In this document: positions 13,602 to 26,016 of the stretch, one piece after another
How positions within the stretch are numbered: position 1 is the stretch's first letter
Layout: the number at the start of each line of letters is the position of its first letter
NCBI RefSeq assembly: GCF_018350175.1
Contig: NC_058368.1
Location: forward strand, 49,230,001 to 49,290,000
DNA: 60,000 nucleotides
Reading direction: 5' to 3'
Source of the DNA: Felis catus
Lineage: Eukaryota
Notes under the pieces: model-generated
The model's database searches: none
Told to the model about the DNA's origin: nothing
The model's input: the letters and a program-made list of their open reading frames with translations, nothing else
Program-made: the position numbers and the translations under genes

Positions 13602-16600
13602 TGTAACTTTGCATCTATTAACCAGGGTAAAATAATTTCTTTTACCTAGTAAGACAGCTCTAGTCTTAAGATTTTGCTACCAAATTTCAATCCTGAGAAC
13701 AGGATGCCTTTGAAAATTTATAATGGAAAGTCTAACAGAGTTTTAACTTACTAACTACTATGGAGCCTCTGCTATAAAACCATCTATGCAAAGAACATGA
13801 TTCATTTGTCTACAATGTTATCAACACTGGCCTTAAATTACATCTTCATACAATTTAACAACATATAAACAATACAGCAGCCATGATTTATTTGTGATGT
13901 ATATGATATATCATAACAACACCAGGTCACTAGAGCCCGAATTTCACATTTTTGTAATTCTTTATATTATTTTTCATTTGTCATTTTACAGGATATCAAT
14001 ATGCATAGAATACAGTGCATCTAACACTTAAAATATTCTAAAATATTGCTTGTAACTAACAGTGATTTATTAAGTAATAAAACAGGAACTTCATTAATGC
14101 AAAACCATTAATTTTCTTCTTCTAATATTGTTATGAGAGATTCCATTTTAATTTCAACTGTGAGTCACTGATGTAAGAATGCATTTTTATACTAAACTAT
14201 GTTTACATTTTGCTTTTATCAAATAATTCACAGCGTTTAATAATTTTGGGAATGTTACTTAACATTCTATTAATAATAATTCCCCAACAAATTACCAATT
14301 CTTATAATGTATCTGAGGTGTGCTAGGTGTGATGTAAGGGTTTGGCAATAAACAAAGCACAGACATTGCCTTCAAGGTGCTTATAGTTTAAATACGGACA
14401 AGCACCAACATACATAAGCACTAAGAGGTCTTACAACTGCAATGATGGAAGAAAGACATTTGGTCACACAAGGCTATCATTCCATGTGGCCTCTTGGCAT
14501 GCTGGCCAGCTGCTCTTCTCATTTTGATACCACACTCTTCTAAAAAGTTCTTCTTGACCCTCTGCCCCACCCCAATGCTCCTGCCATGCAACCATGTATT
14601 TACTATCTAGTCATCTAGGTTGAGGATTTCTCCTCAATAAAACTGGTCTGATCAATTATTGTAATTAACTCACTTTGGCTCCGGGGAAGGTTCTCAACCA
14701 CTCAGGTGGTAAATCTGATAGAACCTTTAGATGAGGAGTGTTTTTCTTGCAGCCTCATGCTCACCAGAAAGGAGGATTGGAACCAAATGATATGAACTAT
14801 CAGGGAAAGTCCTCTTCTTGTTTCTTTGGGTTACCTACTGGCCCCTTCCACTCCTGTGTAGAGGAAAAGTACAGAGGAGAACAAATGTTTATATTATTTA
14901 ACTTCTAAAGCTCAATGAAGCACCTTTTCAGGTAGCCAGACACTACCTCGGGTCCCTAAGCAGAGTGCAAAAATTAATCATTTATGATGTTATGATGTCA
15001 GTTCTGTGAATCTACCACTCCCATTGGTCTTTGCTTCCCACTCCATGGCCTACATACCCATGTCCAGAAAACTGGAGGAAATGAGAGTCAGGAATAGACA
15101 AAGAGTGATGTGTATGGCCTTCTCCTGTGTAATCTCAATAACGAAGAGTAAATGAATTTCTTCCCAAACATAAGGGTGATTTTGAATATATGACTGCTTC
15201 TTTCTTGGTATTTGCTGATAGAACTCCACATCCAGCCAGAATAGTTGGGCAGATAGGGAATCACAACAGAGAGAAGGTAGAGTGACAGAGAGAGGGAGGA
15301 GAAGGCAAAAGGGTACAAGGTAGGAATGTGTGCAAGTAGGAATTCCAAGCTTCCAATGGTCATAGGGTGGGGGGAGGGGCCAGGTATTAGTTAGAAGCAT
15401 AAGTTTGATTGTTGCCAGTGAAAAACCTGCCTAGGAAGGCCAGAAGACCCAATGAACAGAGCTCTGGTGGGTACAAAGCTCACTAGTTGGTAGGTTGGAA
15501 ATTGGGGATGTGAAAAAAAGCCCAGTCATGCCGTATCAAAATTACCATCTCTAGTTAGTCACCAAAAAGACCAGCTGAAGGTTGTAAGATTATCCAACAT
15601 GCCTCATGAAAGAGTGGGCAGTGTGCTCCATTCACAGTAAGAGGGACAACATTCAAGGCTATAGAAGCTGGGCATCAATAGAGCCCTAGGCAGTGCTGGG
15701 TTCTGGTCTTGCCCTTCCTCCTGAAAGCTCCTTCTTACAGCTGTGTGTGTGACTGTGCAAGGACACCATGCGCCATGTAACCTAGAGGCAGCTGCTCCGC
15801 ATTAAATAGCGCCTACAATAATAGTGTCTAGTGTGAACTGGGATCTTTCTGGATTACACAGAGTTAAATAAAATGGAAAAGCATGACTAGCTTGCTGTAA
15901 GCAGATGGTGGCTCAAGAATCGAGGGTAGCATGTCAGGTGCAAAATAAAGCAAAGCCCTTGTCTGCAAACATCTGATTTGTGAAAGTAAAATTTACACTT
16001 GCTATATGCTGGAGGAATATTCATTGCTTTGCTTTGGGAGCATGTGGGAATTAACTATTTGGAAGAAAAAGATTTGGACAGAGTTCTAGTTCCTCAATTC
16101 TGGGGGAGGAAAACCCAAGATAAAAATTAAGATTAACCAGGGAAGGACATGCAGCAGCACAAAAATATAAATACTATTTTCTGTTGTAGCCTTTTGCACT
16201 AAATCCTCTTACCAGCTCACTGAACTCTCTCAAATTAATCCCGAAGGACCATTCACCCGCCTCTCCAGATGCCCCTCTCCTTTGCAACTCATTCACACTG
16301 AATAACCACTGTGGAAAGAAAAATAAGATGAGGCAAACACAGTTTCAGATCTGAAGGGTATCTGCCAAACCGGTGTTTCTGTGATGACAGATTTGAGGAA
16401 ATTGGCTATAGGCTGGGGAAGATAAAGAAAGAAATCCATAGAGAAGGATGAAGAGACTTTTTTTTGTTTTTTTTGTGTTTTTTTTTTTTTTTTGCAGTGT
16501 TGGGGGGGTACTGGGAAATGAGAAACTGCTTGAAAGTTCCAGAGAATTGAATCTGAAGACTGACTCAGTGGTAAGCCACCCTCAGTGCCAGTAGATGGAG

Positions 16601-16631
16601 AGAAATTTTTATTTTTAATCAGTCTCTAGGA

Positions 16632-16817
16632 CACTGGTTCTGAAAATGTGATCCCTGGACCAGCAGCAGTAGGACCATCTGGAAACTTGTTAGAAATGCA
16701 CATTCTTGGGCCCAATACCAGATCTACTAAACAGAAACTCTGAGATGGATTTAAGCCATGTGTGTTTAACAAACCCTGGAGGTGATTCGGATACACACTC
16801 AAGGCTGAGAACCACTA
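16632..16817 (+). mobile_element. MER5A hAT-Charlie MITE
   Basis: TIRs cactggttctgaa / tgagaaccacta; internal ggaccagcagcag...ggaaacttgttagaaatgcacattcttgggccc. Confidence 0.9.
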
Positions 16818-17198
16818 CTCTATGATATGAAGGGTATTGGTTATGAGGTATGTCTTAAAAATTCTTCATTGTCAAGTTCAGCATTTCTTCTAACCTGCTG
16901 GCACTTTTTCTGCAAATTTTGATGTTGATGCTTTCATAAGCTTATGAAGAAGTGCCAGTTAAAGGTACTGGACAAGAATGGGAACTCACCTCATTTAAAA
17001 ATCATCTTAGGGTGCCTGGGTGTGTCAGTCAGTTAAGCACACAACTCTTGGTTTTGGCTCAGGTCATGATCTCACAGTTCGTGGGTTTGAACTCTGCATT
17101 CAGAGTGCTGTGCTGACAGTGTGGAGCCTGTATGGGATCCTCTCTCTCTCCCTCACTCTCTTTTCCTCCCTCACTCACACATGCTCTCTCTCTCAAAA

Positions 17199-17245
<47 letters not shown>

Positions 17246-17460
17246 ACTTTTATGAATAAAATGGTCGTAAATGATTTGTTGATTAACACATCAAGGGCTT
17301 GCAGGTGTTTAGTAATGACACCAGGGATAACAACCAAGTGTGGGTAATGATAATCGTGCCACAAATGCCATGTCCAAATGGCCTAAAGACACTACTGATT
17401 ATAAGACACGTGTAAAAAGATGTTAAAAAGTGTGATATGTCAAGAGATTTTTTTTAAAGG
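16818..17460 (-). mobile_element. TcMar-Tc2/pogo (Kanga-like) DNA transposon transposase fossil, split by a SINE
   Basis: Minus-strand translation gives LVVIPGVITKHLQALDVLINKSF, then KASTSKFAEKVPAG*KK and FKTYLITNTL, collinear with the C-terminal DDE_1 region of pogo/Tc2 transposases. Confidence 0.8.
17009..17261 (+). mobile_element. CanSINE with (AAAT)n tail
   Basis: agggtgcctgggtgtgtcagtcagttaagc...; CT tract; ~14 AAAT units at 17187-17246. Confidence 0.95.
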
Positions 17461-17994
17461 TATTACATATGATGAGTTAGGACAAACTGGAAAAGCAATA
17501 TGTTAACTTACAATTATAATTAACATAGTCAAGGTAATACTGGTAAGAAAACAAAGCAGACATGCACTGCAGTAGGGACAAGACCCAGTTCTTGTGAAGG
17601 AACCAGGACATAAGTTAACTCTAGAATAACATCTGAAATCATGGGATACTGGCTCCCTCAACTATGGATCTGGAGGCCTGAGTGAGGCCAGTCCATCGGT
17701 GGGAGGTTTGTGGTCTGATGGTGGGAATTAGAAAGATCCACTCACATCAACACACAACCAGGGAAGGGGCAAAAAAGCCCAGATATGGGAATACTGGGTA
17801 TGGGATACCACTGAGGATGAAAAGAATGAAGAAGGTCATCTAGAGGCACCATATTACTTCCTTCACAATTCTGCCTTCAGGCTGCTCTGTCTCCGCCTAC
17901 AACCAGATAAATGAAAGCTATGTGGGTAATATATTTTATCCTTCCTGTATGAGATTTATGTACCTCAACTGGGATTATGGGCTCAACGGCAATA

Positions 17995-18186
17995 CATTGT
18001 ACCCAATGGGAATTTATTTCTCACAGTTTTGGAGGCTAGAAGTTTCAGATGAATGTGACTCATGAAGGCTCTACCCTCATGATATAATCACCTTCCTAAA
18101 GCCCACTTTTAAATACCATATTTACACTGGAGATTAGATTTCAACATATGAATTTTGGAGCAACACAAACATCCAATCCATTGCAG
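17995..18186 (-). mobile_element. MLT1A-like MaLR LTR, internally deleted
   Basis: aatttatttctcacagttttggaggctagaagt and gatttcaacatatgaattttgg...acacaaacatccaatccattgca. Confidence 0.8.
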
Positions 18187-18606
18187 GGAGCAATGCTTTG
18201 GAATACAGGTATTTTTAAATTGGAAATGGAGGTCAAGAAAGTGTAACTAAAAACAAGTTTTAATCTCTGATCTTTAGTTCTTACTAAAGCTATCTTTCCT
18301 AAGTGTATGGCTTCAGTTTCGAAGATCAGTACTCGTCCCTTTATCCTCTCATGGGTCATAGCACCAGGGCACACAGGAGCTAATTTTCTCCTTGGTGACA
18401 CATAGAAGGTTTTGAGACAGGTTTATCACAAATTCATATCACTGTCTCATTGTTAGCTTCTGAAGAAGCCTAAAATTTTTTAAATTGAAGGTTACAGTCA
18501 ACTCCATGAAAAATTCAATATTTTATATTCCAGCTAATTCTGCATATTAAAATAGCTACAATATTTCTTATGGGTTTTGAGGAGAATTTTAGATTTTTAT
18601 TAAATA

Positions 18607-18933
18607 CAGTTGACCCTCAAACAACACAGGTTCAAACTGTGTGGCTCCACTTACACACAGATTTTTTTTTTTCAGTAGATACAGCACAGTATTATGAATG
18701 TATTTTCTCTTCCTTCTGATTTTCTTAACATTTTTCCCTAGCTTACATTATTCAAAAGTACAGCATATAATACATATAATATAAAAAATATGTATTACAC
18801 AACTATTTATGTTACCATAAGCTTCTGGTCTGCAATAGGCTATTAGTATTAAGTTTTCAGGGAGTCAAAGTTATATGTGCATTTTCAATTGCATGGAGGG
18901 TCGGCACTCCTAACCCCCCATGTTGTTCAATTG
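18607..18933 (+). mobile_element. Tigger2a-like MITE
   Basis: TA-flanked; 5' TIR cagttgaccctcaaacaacacaggttcaaactg; 3' ggagggtcggcactcctaaccccccatgttgttcaa. Confidence 0.9.
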
Positions 18934-19619
18934 TATTTTAATTAAAGAAAATGATATAAAGTTATTGTTATTTAACAAATGAAACCAATGAAAACCTATT
19001 TGGCATGCTTTATATTTTCTTTAAAAATCTCATGCTACACTAGGGTTGAATTCAGGACAACAGCATTGACAAGATAAAACTGGACCCATTTTGGAACATA
19101 CCAGAAGACTAAACATATTATCCTCAATGAAAGTCTTCAGTGATGTGCTGTGCTTGGCAGCAACATTTTTTTGAATAAATAGAATGAATAGTTGTGATTC
19201 TCAACTTTAGGTGGTTGGTAATGATTAACCAATTAATCTTTCAGGACAATTTTTCCCCTCTGGCTCTATGTCCATTGACATACACTGTATTTTAACCAAA
19301 GGGTATCTTGTTGCAGGATTGGGTTGGTGGATGCCAGATATTCCCCTCTTTCCTTTCAGGAATGGCTTGGCCTTGGCAAGGGTCCCCCAAGTCTACTTGA
19401 ACCTGTATCAGCTCTCTTACTCTCTTCTATCAGTTTTAGCTTATCCATATGTCCTCAGGTGAATTTTTTTTCTTTTTTTACCACTTTCAGTATAAGTCAC
19501 CTTTTCTTGAAAGAAGTGATGCAGCTATAAAAATCTGCTAGGTAAAAACTAGTTACCCTCAGTAGGAAGTCAACTTCAGAAAAATTACTCACTGGCACAG
19601 ATAAAGTGGGAGAGGGGAA

Positions 19620-19770
19620 AGAATGTGGATTCTGGAATTACAGTGACTGGTGTATGAATCTTGATTGGGCCACCCATAACCTAAGCACATTACATATTCT
19701 AAGTCCTTGCTCCTTCTGTCTAATGGAGTTAATAACAGCTGCCTCTTAGAATTGTTGTAAAAGGCATACT
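19620..19770 (+). mobile_element. MIR fragment
   Basis: agaatgtggattctggaatt...ctgtctaatggagttaataacagctgcctcttagaattgttgtaa core-like sequence. Confidence 0.55.
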
Positions 19771-19919
19771 TTTGTGGTGATAGGTCACAAAATTTAAACA
19801 TCCCTCACTCAGAGAAAAAATGTAGTGCTTTTAATTTAATTATTAATTAAATAAAATTATTCAATATTAATATTTAATATTCTTCTGAGCTTCCACTCAT
19901 GCTTAAATGAAAATAAACA

Positions 19920-21130
19920 ACAAATACTTATATTAATGTAATGCTAACAGATAAACTCTCAAATCTCAAGACTTCATCTAGAAAAATACTATGTATTTTT
20001 CACTCATGCAACAACCCATTATAGGAGTCGTCTAGTGACTCTCTCCCAAGTAGTTACCCAGGGATTCACGGTCCCTCATCTTTTATCTCTGCCATCTTCA
20101 ACACTCTCTTGATCACCATGTACATCCACCAACATCTAGCTGGTGGATGGGGAAAATGAGCGGAAGAAGGCATACTGACAATCATCTAGACCAGGAAGGA
20201 ACACGTATTACTTACAATCATTCATTGTAACAATTCAATGACTTAGATTTCATTGATGAGATCTATTCAAGTGATGCACCTAGATGCAAGAAGAACTAAG
20301 AAGATGTCTCCCAATTACATTTGTAAAATGTAATTGTAGTGGAAGGGTGGCACAAAATCTTTGCTGTGAGTCATCTCACCCAGAGCCTAACACTTAAATA
20401 TACAAGCACACCTTTCATATAAAACACACTCACCACCTTGTGAAAGATAATCCAAAGTTCATCCAGTTACTGTAGTTAGCTCAAAGTCCAGGATGTCTGA
20501 ATGATTTGCTCAACATTCCATCAAGATTGTATATAGCTCCATATGAACTAAAAATCAAGTTACCTAAACCTCCTCTCATTTCAACATACAGACTTAACCA
20601 GTATACAAAGACATGTAAGAGCCATGGGAACCTCCACTGAACAGCAGTGGGAGATGCACAATAGATGTCTATCCCTGGCAATGATAACACCCTGCTGGTC
20701 AGACATTGGGAAGGCCCCTCATATAGAGACAGGGATGGTTCCTAGACTGGACTTTGGGTTGCTCCCTGGGAATAAGTCCCTTGTCCACTGCTCTGTTTGG
20801 TCCCTGGTTCTGTCTTCTGGGAGATTATGCCACGTTCAATATTCTCTGTGCCCACGTTGCAAGTAAGCACTGAAAATTACGGCCTCTCCAGTGACTTCTA
20901 GTTCTTGTGTCCTTCTGGCTGCTAAAGCAAATTTGGAGGCCCAAAGGCTGTTAAAGACCTTGAACACTCAAAGGTATGTATATTTGGCAATACAATTACC
21001 TCAAAAGCTTAGCAGAATTTTAAAAACCTAGTTTGCTTCCAGATGGTACTCACATTCAACATTCTTACCTAGAAATACTTATAAACCAAATCAAAATGTT
21101 TGTTTCCTTACCTCATATTTCCTTCTCTCA
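19920..21130 (-). mobile_element. MLT1J-like MaLR LTR (to ~20380) plus adjoining internal sequence
   Basis: ctctcaaatctc...tttttcactcatg...ttacccagggattc...gccatcttca...cacctagatgcaag LTR motifs; followed by aatccaaagttcatccagttactg...ctcaaagtccaggat typical of MLT-int. Confidence 0.65.
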
Positions 21131-21359
21131 GCTAAATGTTTATTATTTTGAGGTCATCAGGTTGAGATTGGAAGGCAATGAAACAATGCTTGTCCCCTCT
21201 CTGTACTGTTGGGAGATCTCCTGAGAACCAAGGAAAGTGGAGGCACAGGGGACGGGGGATACCAGTCTCTCCTCCAGTACTGAGAATGAGGGGAAATCCT
21301 TCTGCCTCCAATTTAATGCTTCAGGGGATTAGGCACCCCTTCATGGGACTGGTGATCCA

Positions 21360-21475
21360 TTAGACTATATCTTCTTGGAAAGCGAGTCTGATTTATTCAA
21401 CTTTGCATCTCCAGCAACTAGACATTGTCCAGACACACAGAAAATGCTTAATAATGTTTACAGGGTAAATGAATA
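21360..21475 (+). mobile_element. L2 3' end
   Basis: ttagactat...tttattcaactttgcatctccagcaactagacattgtccagacacacagaaaatgcttaataatgttt. Confidence 0.65.
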
Positions 21476-21515
21476 TAAAATTAGGTATTAATTAGTAATA
21501 GATCTTACTTTAGTT

Positions 21516-21679
21516 CAATGGCTTTCAAAGTATGGTCTCTGGACAAGCATCACCATGATCAGAAATTACAAGTACAAATTCTGGACCCAATTTCAGACCT
21601 ACTGAATCTGGGGTAGGGCCCAGAAATGTTGTATTTTAACAAGAGGATTCCATTGCGCACTGACATTTGAGAATCATTG
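21516..21679 (+). mobile_element. MER5A-family MITE
   Basis: caatggctttcaaagtatggtc ... cagacctactgaatc ... tttgagaatcattg. Confidence 0.85.
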
Positions 21680-22805
21680 CATTAGTCCATTAACGGTTTA
21701 AAAACTTTTACCCACGAGTCAGCTAAAACTATGTTTTCCTTTTAAAGTAAGAGCCTATTAAATTTGATAAGGAAGGAATTTCCCTAGGTATTTTAGAAAT
21801 ATTTTTTATTTGGTGGACTACATGTTAAAGATTCCGTGAGTTTAGAACAATATGTTTTGAACTTTTTTTTTTTTTTTTTAACTTTTCCAGAGACTTCCTG
21901 TCATTGTTCCACATACAGAATTTCCACTGGAGTTAAGTGAAGTTCAGAGACTATGTCAACAGCAGGGTGCAGTTTCAGATTACCTAGGCAGAGATTATGC
22001 CTTCTTCCCACCACCTGAGTTCATCCATGCATCCTGCTTCATTGTATGCCACTCTGGTGACCTCCTCATCCAGAGTCATGAGACTGTTTTATACTCATGG
22101 TGTCATTTATCACCAAGTTGAAGGCTGAGTCACATTTCACCAATCTCTGAAAAGACTTTTGCAATCTAGGGAGATGATTGTACTTTTTAAATGTTATCTA
22201 ACAGACAATGTTTAAGTTATCAATCTTTTCTAATGGACTAAGTTAACCTAATAGTCTATTTATCTCAGACTAAACTTAAGATTAGCTAATACAATTTTAT
22301 CTGAGACATATGGCTTCAATTTAATTGGCACTGAATATCTTTTTGAGCTGACTTTATGACAGCCAATCAATACTTGTAATGGATACTTCACAATGCCATC
22401 ATTTCTTTTAAATAAAGGTCTGAGAGTAATAGAGCAGTGTCTAATGTGATTAGAGCAAACACATTTAAACTACAATGCTTCCAAAAATGTAAATGCACAT
22501 TGTTTTGTTTTTATTATTCTTGTAAATGTAATTATTCCAGTGTTATCCATTTCAGCCAAAAATACTTAGGAGATTTTTAATTTTTCCTTCAGAATCCTCA
22601 TGTAGGTTGAAACAGTGACTAGTTTGATTACCCAGCAGCCCCTGGTAAATATTACAATCAGTATTCCCTGAAATAAATAATAGGTGTAATTAACTATAGA
22701 ACTTAAAGTTTTCTTGATGGTACCAATACAGTTTTTTAGACTTCAACCTGCGGGCTAATCATCTGAAGATGTTGTTAAAAATGTCCATTCTAAATGAATA
22801 GGTCT

Positions 22806-23072
22806 GGAGGCGCCTGGGTGACTCATTCGGTTAAGTGGCTGACTTCGGCTCAGGTCATGATCTCCTGGCTCATGAGATCAAGCCTTATATAGGGCTCTGT
22901 GCTAACAGCTCAGAGCCTGGAGCTTCTTCAGATTCTGTGTCTCCCTCGCTCTCTGACCCTCCCCTTCCCTTTCTCTCTCTCTCAAAACAAACAAAAAAAA
23001 AAAAAACAAAAAAAAAAAAACAAAAAAAAACACCAAAAAACATTAAATGAATAAATAAACAAATAAATAAGC
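22806..23072 (+). mobile_element. CanSINE (first of tandem pair)
   Basis: ggaggcgcctgggtgactcattcggttaagtggctgacttcggctcaggtcatg..., CT tract, long A-rich tail. Confidence 0.95.
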
Positions 23073-23087
23073 AAGCAAGCAGGTCTG

Positions 23088-23305
23088 GGGGCACCTGGGT
23101 GGCTCAGCTGGTTAAGCCTCTCACTCTTTATTTCAGCTCAGGGTTTCATGAGTTAGAGCCCCGTGTCAGGCTCTGCACTGGCAGTATGGAGCCTGCTTGG
23201 CATTCTCTCTCTTCCCCTCTCTCTGCCTCTTCGCCACTAGTGCTGTCTCTGTCTCTCTCAAAATAAGTAAGTAAACTTAAAACTAAACTAAAATAAAATA
23301 AAATA
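23088..23305 (+). mobile_element. CanSINE (second of tandem pair)
   Basis: ggggcacctgggtggctcagctggttaagcc..., CT tract, (TAAAA)n tail. Confidence 0.95.
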
Positions 23306-24393
23306 AATGAGCAGGCCTGAAGTGGAGTAAGAGATTCTCCATTTCTAACTGACGCCAATGCTGCCAATCCCAAAACCACACTTTTGGGTGCTAAGTCACT
23401 AGAAAGCATCATAACGGAAAGAAAGAAAAGCAAATGTAAAATAATTTATAGGTAGCTATGCTGTCCTGCTCACCTTCATTACCTGAAAATAAAGTTATTA
23501 AAGAACATTCATGTCCAGACAACACTGCCACTGATTTTCCTCTTACAGATTGTTGTAATTTCTATATTTGTTGACGTGCTTCAATTCATATTTACTAATC
23601 CACCTTTTAAGAATTTTTGTAGCGTATATTGATAGTGACATAGCTTTGCATTTCTGGCCCATATGGAATAAAGGGGCTCATACTTTTTACTTCCATGCGA
23701 ACATGGAAACAAGGGTGAGTTATGGGATAAATAGAGATGGCAGATTCCTTCTCAAGTTCGTGTGAGTAAATGGTACATATATCTTTTTCTCTAGATTGTT
23801 TACTGTGCTCGTAAGAACTGGAGGAGTAGTCATTTGTTCTGAGGTACAAGCATTTTTCCTTTCATAAACATCACATGCATTTCCCACAGCAACCCACACT
23901 TGAATACAAACCACAGACCTACGCTTGCACAGAAAATTGTCTCCAGCACATGTCTTGGCCAGTTTTACTTGACCTTCCAGATATTTCCCTTTTCTCCTCA
24001 GTTACAACAGGAGTCAATCTATTTTCATACCTCCACAGACTTCTCCTGCTTCACCCTGCCCCTCACCTTTGGGTTCCTCTTAATGATCCTGATTTCACAA
24101 GGGGTAATCAACTTTGAGTGGTGCTCCTCTTTCTTCACAATTAGTTATTTTTAACTTGAGAAAACCACCTGGTCGGACTACTGTCTGTTTGCCAGGCAGA
24201 GACAGCTGCTCTTGGGGTCTGCCATAGCCATGCTGCAGCCTGCTGGGAAATATGCCATGAACAAGAGTTTGGCGTGGGGTCAGTTTGGACCTCAAACCTC
24301 AATGACAGTTTATCTTCTCTGTGATTTGCTGGCATCATGAGCAACATTGCACCAGCTCAAAGAGACTCTGTTGTTCTCTTGCTCTGTCTCACC

Positions 24394-24394
<1 letters not shown>

Positions 24395-24437
<43 letters not shown>

Positions 24438-24448
24438 TACACACACAT

Positions 24449-24496
<48 letters not shown>

Positions 24497-24517
24497 TGTC
24501 TCTCTCCCACACACACT
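24395..24517. repeat. Compound (CA)n-(CT)n microsatellite
   Basis: Directly visible. Confidence 0.98.
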
Positions 24518-25439
24518 TTTCACATACTCTCCTTGGAATAAAAAGAAGAGTCTTGTAAGGAAATTGGCTGTGTGCCACATTACCATAGGCTATACTATAG
24601 GTGCTTTGGATAAAGCTCATGAAAGAACATATGGGCCTCATGAAAGAAACACCTGCTTGTTAAAGTGGAAAATAAAGAATAAAAGTGGCCCCACTGTTCA
24701 TTTGGAACCCCCTAGAAGGAAAGCTGACCATGATTAAATGAAGGAGGCCACTGGAGCCTCTTTTCTGCCCATATCTTTCCAGCTGAGGCAATTCTATTGC
24801 CTTGATTTTTAAACAGATATTATCAAGGATGTGCTCTGTATTTAGATTCTGGAAACAGAGTTGAGAAGTCTTCATACTAGGCAAGTTACAAAATTGTATC
24901 TCCCCCTTCCCCCCTAACAACAGTAACAAAAATTTAAGTCAAGATTTAGATTTTTCACTGAACAGCAATAAGATCAAGAATTTCAATAGGATCCTTTCAC
25001 CTCCTCCAAATTTGGGAACATTTAAAAAAGAAATTAACAACTGAAAAGCAACTAACTGGTCATTGCTTTCAAAAAAATTAGTACAACTCCTAACACCCAG
25101 AAATGATTTGGTAGAAAAAAAATACATGCATTTTTTTAAATTAACTTGTGCACTTGAAAACTATCTAAATATATATGCCATGAAGAAGTTGATTTCAATT
25201 AAAATTAGAGTTTAAGATCACAAGAGGGAATATTAAGTCATTTTTATCTCTATATTCCAATTTTGCAAATAAAGACTTTTCACTTATACTTGACAATAGA
25301 AGATATAGGAAAACCCACTGCCACATGATTTCTCAGATAAGGGTCATGGAGGCTAATGAAACTCATCAAATGTCTGTCAACTGGGTTATCAAAAAAAAAA
25401 GAAGACACACATGTACACATACATATACATAGTATAATA

Positions 25440-25640
25440 CGTTATTAAATAAAATTATATAGGATTTACAACTATGTATTATTTCTTTACACAATAAATT
25501 ATGTGAAATAATATAAAACAAAATTTTTTTTTCTGAGAAGTGAGATTAAGGATGTTCTATTTTCTTCTTTTTGTTCAACTGTACTTTCTGATTCTTCTAG
25601 ATTTAGTAGTCATTACTTGTGTAACAAAACAACAATTAAG
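25440..25640 (+). mobile_element. Ancient L1ME-type 3' end
   Basis: gtgagattaaggatgttctattttcttctttttg...tgtactttctga...cattacttgtgtaacaaaa. Confidence 0.5.
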
Positions 25641-25811
25641 GGTAAGAGGAGGGAATTAGGGTACAAAACATATTCCAAGGTAGTAATTTAGACTTGCTTT
25701 CAGGTCATTGTGAAATGTTCTGGAGCTGTGCCATGAAGAAGAGCCAGAACTGACGTCGAGAATCTTCCCTAGCAGGGTACACTTCTAGTTCCTGTTAGAA
25801 ATCCTCTTTAC

Positions 25812-26016
25812 CCAAAGCAAACTAATGCCCATGGGGCAATCCAGCTTGTTTTGGAAATAAAGTTTAAGTGGAACACAGCTACAATTATTTATGTTCTGTC
25901 TACAGCTGCTTTCATGCTATAATAGCAGAGTTGAGTAGTTGCCACAGAAGCCATGTGACCAACAAAGTCTAAAAAATTTGTTATCTGGACCTTTACAGAA
26001 AGTTTACTGACTCCTG
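25812..26016 (+). mobile_element. MER58A hAT-Charlie MITE
   Basis: aaataaagttt..tggaacacagc ... gcagagttgagtagttgc ... tatctggacctttacagaaagtttactgactcctg. Confidence 0.9.

Larger units (their letters stand above)
22729..23394 (-). mobile_element. MER5A1/MER5B-like MITE split by two tandem SINEs
   Basis: Left half aatcatctgaagatgttgttaaaaatg...taggtctgg joins right half gtggagtaagagattctccatttctaac...accacacttttg. Confidence 0.75.

Noticed and set aside
16583..16602. CTCF-like ccagtagatggag
   Set aside because: Mismatch at the conserved GGC position and no supporting context
23465..23500. Minus-strand ttttcag|GTAATGAAG|gtgagc 9-nt exon or recursive site (similar at ~48193-48215)
   Set aside because: Weak pyrimidine tracts, opposite strand to the better exon candidate, and expected by chance
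24310..24737. Six ORFs with HT/SL/VC/RE dipeptide runs
   Set aside because: Translations of the (CA)n-(CT)n microsatellite
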